The position numbers were made by a program, and so were the translations under genes. This document shows positions 7,439 to 15,140 of a DNA stretch of 32,000 nt, piece after piece. Position 1 is the stretch's first letter. Every line of letters starts with the position of its first letter. The stretch comes from Propionibacteriaceae bacterium. GTDB taxonomy: Bacteria > Actinomycetota > Actinomycetes > Propionibacteriales > Propionibacteriaceae. The DNA lies in NCBI GenBank assembly GCA_031256725.1, contig JAIRQE010000015.1:60001-92000 (forward strand), given 5' to 3'. The notes beneath the pieces were generated by a model. The model was not told where the DNA came from and did not search any database. It worked only from the letters and a program-made list of their open reading frames with translations.

Positions 7439-8035
7439 TCATATGAGGGTACGTACTTCGCGACCGGATGCGAAACGATCTAGGGCGCCAGTACGGGCCA
7501 ATCCTCGTTGGATCAGCCACCCTAGTACCCCTGCCAAAATTGCGCCTGACAAGGCCAAAACCCCAAGGTAGGCTACCTTGTGGATGGGGGCCCAACCGGC
7601 ATACCACACGATGATCTCGTAGGTCCATTCGAAGACAGCAGCACAGATCCCCGCCAGTACTGCCACAGGGAGCTTCCAGAGCTTGTACCAGAAAGTGAGG
7701 AAGATCAGTTCCGCACCGGCGCCCTGAAGGAGCCCGCTGAAAAGAACAGACAGCCCCCACTGATTCCCGATCAGAGCCGGTACAAGCGCAGCAATCATCT
7801 CCACGAAGATGGCGGCACCAGGCTTACGAATGATGAGTCCACCAAGGACTCCACCCAGAAGCCACATGCCTCCGACTAGGCCTTTCAGCGGAGGAAGGAT
7901 GAGTTTCAGTGCGTCGCCGATGGTGTCCCCAGCGAAGTTCCATGCAAAAAAGATCAAACCGACTGCAATCCCTAGGACCGCAGCAACGACGATATCCACG
8001 ACCCGCCAGCGCAGACGTGATGATGAGTGAGACAT
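7439..8035 (-). CDS. ykoE: ECF transporter substrate-specific (S) component, YkoE-like (thiamine/HMP precursor uptake, by riboswitch context)
   Basis: The ORF track starts at 8071. The ATG at 8035 ('MSHSSSRLRWRVVDIVV...') has GAAAGGG upstream and leaves room for the riboswitch. The 198-aa protein has 5-6 TM helices. It is the first gene after a TPP riboswitch and is followed by the A and T components. Confidence 0.7.
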   Translation of the reverse strand: MSHSSSRLRWRVVDIVVAAVLGIAVGLIFFAWNFAGDTIGDALKLILPPLKGLVGGMWLLGGVLGGLIIRKPGAAIFVEMIAALVPALIGNQWGLSVLFSGLLQGAGAELIFLTFWYKLWKLPVAVLAGICAAVFEWTYEIIVWYAGWAPIHKVAYLGVLALSGAILAGVLGWLIQRGLARTGALDRFASGREVRTLI

Positions 8036-8073
8036 GTGTGCCCTTTCTATCAGATGGGGCACGGGTGGCAAAT

Positions 8074-8170
8074 GCCAGAGTACTTCCCTTCGCTGGTACT
8101 AACCAGATCAGGTTCATGCGGTCGAAGGTCGAACCTTCCTCTCAGCCCATATGGGCTCCCGTGTTCTCCA
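8074..8170 (-). promoter_or_regulatory. TPP (THI-box) riboswitch
   Basis: Minus strand reads ACACGGGAGCCCAUAUGGGCUGAGAGGAAGGUUCGACCUUCGACCGCAUGAACCUGAUCUGGUUAGUACCAGCGAAGGGAAGUAC. This contains the invariant CUGAGA and ACCUGAUCUGG..A.UACCAGCG.AGGGAAG blocks. A TATACT -10 box (complement of 8172-8177) lies just upstream. A downstream GTGCCC/GGGCAC hairpin could sequester the SD. Confidence 0.88.
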
Positions 8171-8298
8171 CAGTATATCGCTGGAACACTCCAGGTCTCC
8201 ATAGGAGATAGATAAGTCACCCGCATGGGTGGCTATTTCTCACTGAAATATGTCAGTTTCGCTATGATGGGGGGTGTTCTGACTAACAAGGAGTTGGT

Positions 8299-8688
8299 AT
8301 GCAGGTCGTCGTCGTAGTGTACTCAGATGATCGTCAAGTACGAGCCGATGTCGTTGATGCTCTCGGGCCGATGCTTGGAGGACTTGAAGTCGATATCCGG
8401 GAGGTCGCCACACAGGCGGCTGTACTTGCTGAACTCGACAAGAAGGACGTCGACTGCTGCATCTTCGATGCCGAGACGAGTCCGTCCGGTGGTATGGGTC
8501 TGTCCAAACAGATCCGCGATGAGTACGAGGACTGTCCACCCGTACTTCTCCTTGTTGCTCGGCCCGCCGACTCCTGGTTGGCAACCTGGTCACGTGCAGA
8601 AGCAGTACACCCGCTGCCCATTGATCCTTTCACCTTGCCGAAGCAGGTTGAGGATCTAGTCTTCGTTGAGGAAGATGCAGCTGCTTAA
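8299..8688 (+). CDS. Single-domain receiver-like (CheY-like) protein, atypical
   Basis: 129-aa ORF with AAGGAG SD. 'VVVVVYSDD' and 'CCIFDAE' match the acidic pocket and phospho-Asp positions. In my by-eye alignment to CheY, the Thr87 and Lys109 equivalents appear replaced ('LLLVAR', 'HPLPIDPF'). There is no output domain. Confidence 0.65.
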   Translation: MQVVVVVYSDDRQVRADVVDALGPMLGGLEVDIREVATQAAVLAELDKKDVDCCIFDAETSPSGGMGLSKQIRDEYEDCPPVLLLVARPADSWLATWSRAEAVHPLPIDPFTLPKQVEDLVFVEEDAAA

Positions 8689-10220
8689 ACCTGGCTCGGC
8701 ATATCCTTCTTGAACTTGGCGATCAGCTTCTGAGGCCAATCACCAACGGCAGCTAGGCGACCGAAGAAGAAGCGCAACTGAGCGGGTTCTTCAACAAATC
8801 TCAGACCACCAATGAGGTCACGATTCTCGTAGACCCAGCCGATGCGATCCGCCATAAACTCTAGCTGTGACAGGGTGAAAGCCCTTCTCGGGATGGCTAG
8901 ACGCAGGAGTTCCATGGCTGAAAGGTGATCGGTACCATCCGGGTTGCGTTCCTCGGACAGGGTACCCCTTTCCATTCCACGAATCCCGCTGGCAAGGTAG
9001 ACCGCCACGGCAAGAGCTCCAGCGCGGTACTCCTCTTGGGGGACATGGTCCAGGAATCTCATGGCGTCGATATGGCAGCCCAACCCACCTGCGGGGCGTA
9101 CACAGGGAACGCCCTTCGCTTCGAGAAGGTCGACTGCTGCCTCAACGAACTGGGCAGTCTGGGAGATGACATGGAAATCACAGGTTTCGACGAGCCCAAT
9201 TGCGATGGCCTCCATCTCGCGGACGCTCATGCCACCATAGGTAAGGAAGCCCTCAAACAAAGGTACCAGTGGCTTCATCTTCTCAATGAGTTCAACATTA
9301 TTGGAGACAATCCCACCGCCACGGGCACATCCGAGCTTGCGGGCCGAGAAGTAGATGATGTCGAACAAGGGCGCAATCTCTAGGGCGATCTCGCGGACAG
9401 TCTTGCCCTTTTCAGTTTCCTCGCGGGTCTTGATGAAATACAGATTGTCAGCCAACAGCGAAGCATCAAAAACAAGCAGGATTCCCTGCTCGCGGCAGAA
9501 CTTCGAGACTGCACGCATATTGGCTAGGGAAACGGGCTGCCCGCCGATGAGGTTCGTACCTGCCTCAATGCGTACGAAGGCAATGTTTTCACGCCCAACT
9601 CTCGCCGTCTCGGAGGCAAGAAGGTCGAGGTCCATATCGCCCTTGAAGTCGGTGATATAGGTCGGGTCAAGGGAGGTTTGAGGTACGACCTCAATGACCT
9701 CACCACCATTGTTCATGATGTGTGCCTTGGTGGTGGTGAAGTGGTAGTTCGTGATCACATAAGAATTGGGGGTCACGAAGGTACGCGCGATGATGTTCTC
9801 GCAGGCGCGACCCTGGTGGGCTGGGAGGAAGTGTTCGGTACCGAAGACGTAGTTGAGTGCATTCTTCAAGCGGAAGTAGGTGGCAGATCCAGCATAGGAA
9901 TCATCGGCGGTCTGCATGGCTGCCTGCTGGAAGATGCTCATTGAGTTCACGCCAGAATCGGTGAGCATGTCGAGGAAAACATCCCTGTTGTCAAGCAGGA
10001 ATGTGTTGTTTCCTGCTGACTCAATGGAGGCCGCACGAGTGTCAATATCCTTGAGATAGAGGCGCTTCACGGTGGTGACTCTGTGCATCTCTAGGGGTAC
10101 TTTTTTGCCTGAAAAGAAGCCAATGGCGTGCTCGGCGTCCGGTGACAGTGATGCTGTGTGTACCAAAGAGAAATCCTGGTTGATCTCTTCAAGGGTGATG
10201 GGTTGATTCTGGGTACTCAT
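8685..10220 (-). CDS. PLP-dependent beta-eliminating lyase, tryptophanase / tyrosine phenol-lyase family (N-terminally extended)
   Basis: The ORF track starts at 10289 (GTG, no SD). The ATG at 10220 has AAGGGAG 7 nt upstream and gives 511 aa. The sequence aligns by eye with E. coli TnaA: 'FLLDNRDVFLDMLTDSG', 'AHQGRACE', 'GGQPVSLANMRAV', PLP-lysine region 'FSARKLGCARGGG', 'LLRLAIPRRAFT'. It carries about 40 extra N-terminal residues relative to TnaA. Confidence 0.85.
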   Translation of the reverse strand: MSTQNQPITLEEINQDFSLVHTASLSPDAEHAIGFFSGKKVPLEMHRVTTVKRLYLKDIDTRAASIESAGNNTFLLDNRDVFLDMLTDSGVNSMSIFQQAAMQTADDSYAGSATYFRLKNALNYVFGTEHFLPAHQGRACENIIARTFVTPNSYVITNYHFTTTKAHIMNNGGEVIEVVPQTSLDPTYITDFKGDMDLDLLASETARVGRENIAFVRIEAGTNLIGGQPVSLANMRAVSKFCREQGILLVFDASLLADNLYFIKTREETEKGKTVREIALEIAPLFDIIYFSARKLGCARGGGIVSNNVELIEKMKPLVPLFEGFLTYGGMSVREMEAIAIGLVETCDFHVISQTAQFVEAAVDLLEAKGVPCVRPAGGLGCHIDAMRFLDHVPQEEYRAGALAVAVYLASGIRGMERGTLSEERNPDGTDHLSAMELLRLAIPRRAFTLSQLEFMADRIGWVYENRDLIGGLRFVEEPAQLRFFFGRLAAVGDWPQKLIAKFKKDMPSQV

Positions 10221-10352
10221 AGGATGCTCCCTTGCGGTTAGTGGCCTGCGAGCTCCATGATACTGGAATGGGTGGGGCTGTGATTTCACGGATTAATGGA
10301 TGGTCAGTGGTCTTGTTTTTGTAGGCAAAGAGGATACATAATCTTGGCCAGG

Positions 10353-10390
10353 CAGGACCTCACACGAGTTCTTATGGTGTTAAGGTCCTG
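10353..10390. promoter_or_regulatory. Imperfect inverted repeat in divergent lyase / AEP-operon promoter region (candidate operator)
   Basis: CAGGACCTCACAC-n11-GTGTTAAGGTCCTG. The outer arms are 8 bp and perfect, followed by 4 further bp after a small asymmetry. It is centred in the 214-bp divergent intergenic region. Confidence 0.35.
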
Positions 10391-10434
10391 GTAACTTTGG
10401 GACGCCATCGCGTTAGGGTGGTGCTGGTTGACTC

Positions 10435-11541
10435 ATGCCCATGAATGACACGAGTCTATTTAGAAATATCCTGCGCGCCAGTGTGCTCGCATTGACCCTG
10501 CCATTGGTTTTCACGATGGCTGCCTGCTCAAGCCCTTCCGTGGATGACACTACTGGTACAGCTGACGTTGACGCCTCTGCATCCGGTGAGATCGTTGTTT
10601 ACACTGCACTCGAAGATGAGTTGGTTGAGGAGTACCTCACTGATTTCTCCGCGCAGTACCCAGAGATCACGGTCAACATTGTTCGTGAATCAACAGGTAC
10701 GATCACAGCAAAGTTGCTGGCTGAGAAGGACAATCCCGTAGCGGATCTCGTCTGGGGTACAGCAGCATCCTCCCTGCTCGTCCTTGATGATGAAGGGATG
10801 CTCGAACCCTATGAGCCAGTTGGTGTTGAGAATATCCTCGACAAGTTCAAGTCCACCAAGGCTGTACCATCCTGGGTTGGTATCGATGTTTGGGAGACCG
10901 CCTTCGTGATCAACACTGTCGAACTCGAAAAGCTCGGGCTCACCGTTGACGATATTAAGACCTATGACGATCTGTTGAAGCCAGAACTCAAGGGTCACAT
11001 CGTTATGTCGAACCCATCCTCTTCAGGTACGGGCCTTCTCACGGTCACCGGTCTGATGCAGTTGAAGGGCAAGGGTACCGATGCTGGCTGGAATTACCTT
11101 GATCAGCTCCACGAGAACATCGACCAGTATGTGCACTCTGGTTCCAAGCCCGCCAAGATGGCTGGTGCTGGTGAAACTATTGTGGGCGTGAGCTTCGGAT
11201 ATGCCGGAATCAAGCAGAAGCGTGACGGGCTCCCCGTTGAGGTTGTCTTCCCGACTGAGGGTTCCGGGTGGGATCTTGAAGCCAATGCTCTCATGAAGAA
11301 GGATGCGATCAACCCTGCCGCACAGACCTTCCTCGATTGGGCTATCTCCGATTCAGCAATGAATATGTACAAGGGCAACTACCCGATTATCACCAATGGC
11401 CAGGGGGCGAAATATGACGGCTTTGAGTCTGATCCTGTCGATCAACTGATTGACAATGACCTTTCTTGGATCGCTCAGAATCGTGAATCAATTCTAGAAA
11501 ACTGGAATGAGAAGTACGACGGAAAGTCTGCTGCTCGGTGA
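10435..11541 (+). CDS. phnS: ABC transporter substrate-binding lipoprotein, putative 2-aminoethylphosphonate-binding (PhnS2-like, Fe3+/polyamine-type PBP2 fold)
   Basis: 368-aa ORF (alternative ATG at 10441). Signal peptide with lipobox 'TMAAC'. The specificity call rests on operon context with phnX and phnW and on the three-gene SBP / ATPase / fused-permease layout known for AEP transporters. Confidence 0.7.
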   Translation: MPMNDTSLFRNILRASVLALTLPLVFTMAACSSPSVDDTTGTADVDASASGEIVVYTALEDELVEEYLTDFSAQYPEITVNIVRESTGTITAKLLAEKDNPVADLVWGTAASSLLVLDDEGMLEPYEPVGVENILDKFKSTKAVPSWVGIDVWETAFVINTVELEKLGLTVDDIKTYDDLLKPELKGHIVMSNPSSSGTGLLTVTGLMQLKGKGTDAGWNYLDQLHENIDQYVHSGSKPAKMAGAGETIVGVSFGYAGIKQKRDGLPVEVVFPTEGSGWDLEANALMKKDAINPAAQTFLDWAISDSAMNMYKGNYPIITNGQGAKYDGFESDPVDQLIDNDLSWIAQNRESILENWNEKYDGKSAAR

Positions 11542-11560
11542 TCTTCCTTCCAACTAAGGT

Positions 11561-11594
11561 CCTCAGGCGCCCACGTTATGTGGGTGCCTTGAGG
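11561..11594 (+). other. Intercistronic stem-loop after the binding-protein gene
   Basis: CCTCAGGCGCCCAC-gttat-GTGGGTGCCTTGAGG. The stem is 14-15 bp with one G-U pair and one bulge. It lies 20 nt after the SBP stop and 17 nt before the ATPase start. Confidence 0.45.
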
Positions 11595-11611
11595 GCTATA
11601 CAGGAGCAAAA

Positions 11612-12601
11612 ATGAACAACTCTTTTCTCGAAATCGAGACAATCACCAAGACTTTCGGCAAGCAGACCGCTCTCGACAATGTCAGCGCTTCAATCAACAA
11701 AGGCGAGCTTGTCTGCGTACTTGGCCCTTCAGGATGTGGCAAGACCACTCTGCTGCGTATTATTGCAGGACTGGAGACCGCCGATTCGGGAAGCATCGTG
11801 ATTGATGGCCGGGATGCCACCTTCCTGCCACCGTCGAAGCGCAATTTCGGGATCGTCTTCCAGTCCTATGCACTCTTCCCCAACATGACAGTACAAGGCA
11901 ACATCCTGTTCGGTTTGCGTCAAAAGCGCGGGATGACCAAGGCCGCCATGGTTGAGAAAGCCCGTGAAGCCCTCCACCTTGTGGACCTCTTCGAGCATCG
12001 CAACAAGTACCCCCGTCAGCTTTCCGGCGGAATGCAACAGCGTACCGCCCTGGCACGAGCTATAGCCTTGTCCCCTGCATTTCTGCTTCTCGATGAGCCT
12101 TTATCTGCTCTTGATGCCAAGGTACGCGCCAAGCTTCGTCGTGACATCCGCTCCATTCAGCAGGATCTTGGGATCACCACAATCATGGTGACACACGACC
12201 AAGAAGAGGCCCTCACCATGGCGGATCGGATCATTGTGATGAACAACGCTGTCGTGGAGCAGATTGGTACCCCGTGTGAAGTCTATGACCACCCCGCAAC
12301 CCCTTTCGTTGCGAACTTCATAGGCACCATGAACACATATACCGATGCTGGCAATATCTGCGCAATACGCCCAGAGAACATCGAGATCGCTGATTCGACA
12401 GACCATGACACCTGGGCTGAAATCCGTTCCATCGAGTTCAAGGGTGCCCTCACAAGGGTGCATGGGGTCCTCCCTAATTCTGAGGATGTCTGCCTGGATC
12501 TTCCCTCGGATCGTGTCAAGGATCTGAATCTCATGGAGGGATCCACCATCCACCTGTCCATGCCGAAAGACCATCTTAGAAAGTATGCAGTGGCTGCCTG
12601 A
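11612..12601 (+). CDS. phnT: ABC transporter ATP-binding protein (PotA/FbpC-like with C-terminal TOBE-type domain), putative AEP importer ATPase
   Basis: 329-aa ORF. Walker A 'GPSGCGKTT', Q-loop, signature 'LSGGMQQR', Walker B 'LLLDEPLSALD', H-loop 'VTHDQ'. The stop overlaps the permease start (TGATG at 12599-12603). Confidence 0.85.
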   Translation: MNNSFLEIETITKTFGKQTALDNVSASINKGELVCVLGPSGCGKTTLLRIIAGLETADSGSIVIDGRDATFLPPSKRNFGIVFQSYALFPNMTVQGNILFGLRQKRGMTKAAMVEKAREALHLVDLFEHRNKYPRQLSGGMQQRTALARAIALSPAFLLLDEPLSALDAKVRAKLRRDIRSIQQDLGITTIMVTHDQEEALTMADRIIVMNNAVVEQIGTPCEVYDHPATPFVANFIGTMNTYTDAGNICAIRPENIEIADSTDHDTWAEIRSIEFKGALTRVHGVLPNSEDVCLDLPSDRVKDLNLMEGSTIHLSMPKDHLRKYAVAA

Positions 12602-14280
12602 TGGACAAACTTCGACGGTATCTGACCGGACTCAGGGTCTCGCAGTTGCTCGTATTGCTGTTGTGTCTGGTGATGCTGACAGTGGTACTCATCTTCCCCA
12701 TTTTCTCGCTCTTTTCGAAGGCATTCCTCAACAAGAGCGGCGACTTCGTTGGTTTCGCGAACTACATTAAGTACTTCGATACCCCGGCCTTGTCGACTTC
12801 GATTATCAACACTATTGACATCTCACTGTGGTCGACATTGTTTTCGATGATCCTTGGGTTTGGGTACGCCTTTGCTTTGACCCGTACCCGTATCAAGGGC
12901 AAGGCCTTTTTCAAGTACACAGCACTCATCCCGATCTTCATCCCCACGCTCGTCCACGCGCTCGGGTTGGTGTACCTCTTCGGCAAGCAGGGGATCCTCA
13001 CTCGTGCGGGCCTGTTTCCCTTCGAACTCTATGGCCGTTTGGGCATCATCATCTCTGAGACGATTTACACCTTCCCTCAAGCTTTTCTGATGTTCTATGT
13101 CGCCTTGGAGTTTGCGGATGGGAGGCTGTACGAAGCTGCTGAGTCGATGGGTGCCTCCCATGCGAGGGTACTCTTTCGGGTGACCTTCCCCGAGATAAAG
13201 TACACGATCGTCAGCGCCTTCTTCGTCTGCTTCACCCTGGCGTTCACCGATTTCGGTGCACCTAAAGTGATCGGCGGGAGTTTCAACGTCCTCGCAACTG
13301 ATGTGTACAAACAGGTTGCCGGCCAGTTCAACTTCAATATGGGTGCAGTAGTGGGTACCCTCTTGCTCATCCCAGCGGTAGCCTCCTTTACTGTAGATCG
13401 CCTAGTCAACTCAAAGAATTCGGGTACGATCTCGGCTAGGGCCACACAATTGACAATCAAGGCGTCCACAGGACGTGACGTTTTCTTCTTTACACTGTGT
13501 TCACTTGTCACAGGATTCTTTCTCGTTTTGATCATCGCCCTCGCCATCGGCGGTCTCACCGAGAACTATCCCTATAACCTTGCCTTCACCCTCGACAACT
13601 TCTCTTTCAACCGATCAGTTGGGGGGATGGGAGCCTATACGAACTCCCTCAAGATGGCTCTAGCGACCGCTATCTTTGGTACGATCTTCGTCTTCGTGTA
13701 TGCCTATATGATCGAGAAGACCGCAGGGTTCACTCTCCTGCGAAGGTTCGGGAAACTGCTATCTGTCCTGCCTTTGGCTTTACCTGGGATGGTCATTGGT
13801 ATTGCGTTCATCTTCTTCTTCAACTCGAAGACAAACCCTTTGAACTTCGTGTACGGAACCATGGCGATCCTGGTTATTGCGAATATCCTCCACTACTTTT
13901 CTGTACCCTTCCTCACGGCAAGCGGTTGCCTCAAGAAACTAGACAGAGAGTACGAGAGTGTCTCCGATTCGATGAATGTACCGCGCTGGAAGATGTTCAT
14001 TCGCGTGAGTGTTCCCCTCTCACTTCCGGCTATTCTGGAAATTTCGATGTACTTCTTCGTCAATGCCATGGTCACGGTTTCGGCTGTGGTCTTCCTATAC
14101 AGCGCCAACTTCAAGATCGCCGCGATTGCGATCACGCACATGGAGGAGGCCGGGGACTTTGGACAGGCAGCAGCCATGAGTTTACTGATCCTCCTGATGA
14201 ATGTCGGCGTCAGGATTGCCTATGAAGCAGCAGTACGACTCATCAAGCGTCGTACCAATCACCAGGAGGTCACTGTATGA
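12601..14280 (+). CDS. phnU: Fused two-domain ABC permease (FbpB-like, about 12 TM), putative AEP importer permease
   Basis: 559-aa polytopic ORF with two BPD_transp_1-type halves. EAA-like loops: 'YEAAESMGASHARVLFRVTFPEIK' and 'SVSDSMNVPRWKMFIRVSVPLSLP'. Confidence 0.8.
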   Translation: MDKLRRYLTGLRVSQLLVLLLCLVMLTVVLIFPIFSLFSKAFLNKSGDFVGFANYIKYFDTPALSTSIINTIDISLWSTLFSMILGFGYAFALTRTRIKGKAFFKYTALIPIFIPTLVHALGLVYLFGKQGILTRAGLFPFELYGRLGIIISETIYTFPQAFLMFYVALEFADGRLYEAAESMGASHARVLFRVTFPEIKYTIVSAFFVCFTLAFTDFGAPKVIGGSFNVLATDVYKQVAGQFNFNMGAVVGTLLLIPAVASFTVDRLVNSKNSGTISARATQLTIKASTGRDVFFFTLCSLVTGFFLVLIIALAIGGLTENYPYNLAFTLDNFSFNRSVGGMGAYTNSLKMALATAIFGTIFVFVYAYMIEKTAGFTLLRRFGKLLSVLPLALPGMVIGIAFIFFFNSKTNPLNFVYGTMAILVIANILHYFSVPFLTASGCLKKLDREYESVSDSMNVPRWKMFIRVSVPLSLPAILEISMYFFVNAMVTVSAVVFLYSANFKIAAIAITHMEEAGDFGQAAAMSLLILLMNVGVRIAYEAAVRLIKRRTNHQEVTV

Positions 14281-14283
14281 ACT

Positions 14284-14343
14284 CCCACGTCATCCCGAAT
14301 GTCAGTCCCCACGTCATCCTGCGCGCAGTCGTAGGATCCAGAC
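14284..14343. repeat. REP-like palindromic intergenic repeat, copy B
   Basis: GTCATCCTGCGCGCAGTCGTAGGATCCAGAC (14313-14343) forms an ATCCTGCG/CG(T)AGGAT hairpin. It is preceded by a direct 12-mer duplication CCCACGTCATCC (14284-14295 and 14308-14319). It lies between the permease stop and the phnX start. Confidence 0.6.
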
Positions 14344-14375
14344 ATCACTTCGAACCAACAATGAGGAGAAACTGA

Positions 14376-15137
14376 ATGACAACACCCATCACCACTGTGA
14401 TCTTTGATTGGGCTGGAACAACGGTTGACTATGGGTGTATTGCCCCCGTCAATGCCTTCCTGACCGCTTTTAGATCGGCAGGGTTTGACCCCACCCTTGA
14501 CGAGGTACGTGCCCCCATGGGGATGCAAAAACGGGCCCACATTGAAGCAATGCTTGAGGGCAAACCCCATACTGCAGCCGATGTGGACAGGATTTATGCC
14601 CAATTCGAGTCTGCACTCTTTGACGTGTTGGCCAATCACGCAGACCCGATTCCTGGGGTACTTGAGACCGTGGCTACACTACGTCTTACGGGGTACCAGA
14701 TCGGCTCCACGACGGGGTACACCCGAGCAATGATGGATGTTGTCGAGCCTCAAGCTGCCAAGAACGGGTACGCTCCTGATCTGCTCATCTGCCCTGATGA
14801 TGTGGGAGGAATCGGGAGACCACAGCCGTACATGGTGTGGGAAAACCTCAAGCGACTAGGTACTACGTCGATAGACGAGGTGATCAAAGTCGGGGACACA
14901 ATAGCCGACATCCAGGAGGGTACCAACGCTGGATGTATATCCGTTGGGGTACTTCGAGGCTCATCCATGGTGGGGCTCACCGAGGAGGAGTTCACTGCTT
15001 TGTCATCCAGTGAGGCCAGAACCCTACTCGACAAGGTCACCACACAGTACATCCATGCTGGGGCCGACCATGTCATCCCCGACATCACTGCCCTTCCAGC
15101 CCTTATCGAATCCATCAACCAAGAACGCGGAGCCTGA
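14376..15137 (+). CDS. phnX: Phosphonoacetaldehyde hydrolase (phosphonatase)
   Basis: 253-aa HAD-family ORF. N-terminal 'VIFDWAGTTVDYGCIAPV...PMGMQKRAHIEAML' closely matches the PhnX catalytic Asp/Lys region. Later HAD motifs include 'KVGDTIADIQEGTNAG'. Confidence 0.9.
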   Translation: MTTPITTVIFDWAGTTVDYGCIAPVNAFLTAFRSAGFDPTLDEVRAPMGMQKRAHIEAMLEGKPHTAADVDRIYAQFESALFDVLANHADPIPGVLETVATLRLTGYQIGSTTGYTRAMMDVVEPQAAKNGYAPDLLICPDDVGGIGRPQPYMVWENLKRLGTTSIDEVIKVGDTIADIQEGTNAGCISVGVLRGSSMVGLTEEEFTALSSSEARTLLDKVTTQYIHAGADHVIPDITALPALIESINQERGA

Positions 15138-15140
15138 CAT

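Noticed and set aside
10221-10434. TnaC-like leader peptide or attenuator upstream of the tryptophanase-family gene.
   Set aside because: The only upstream mini-ORFs on the minus strand (34, 11 and 6 codons by my reading) contain no Trp and have no SD. The 23-codon extension from 10289 is in frame with the lyase, so it is not a separate leader.
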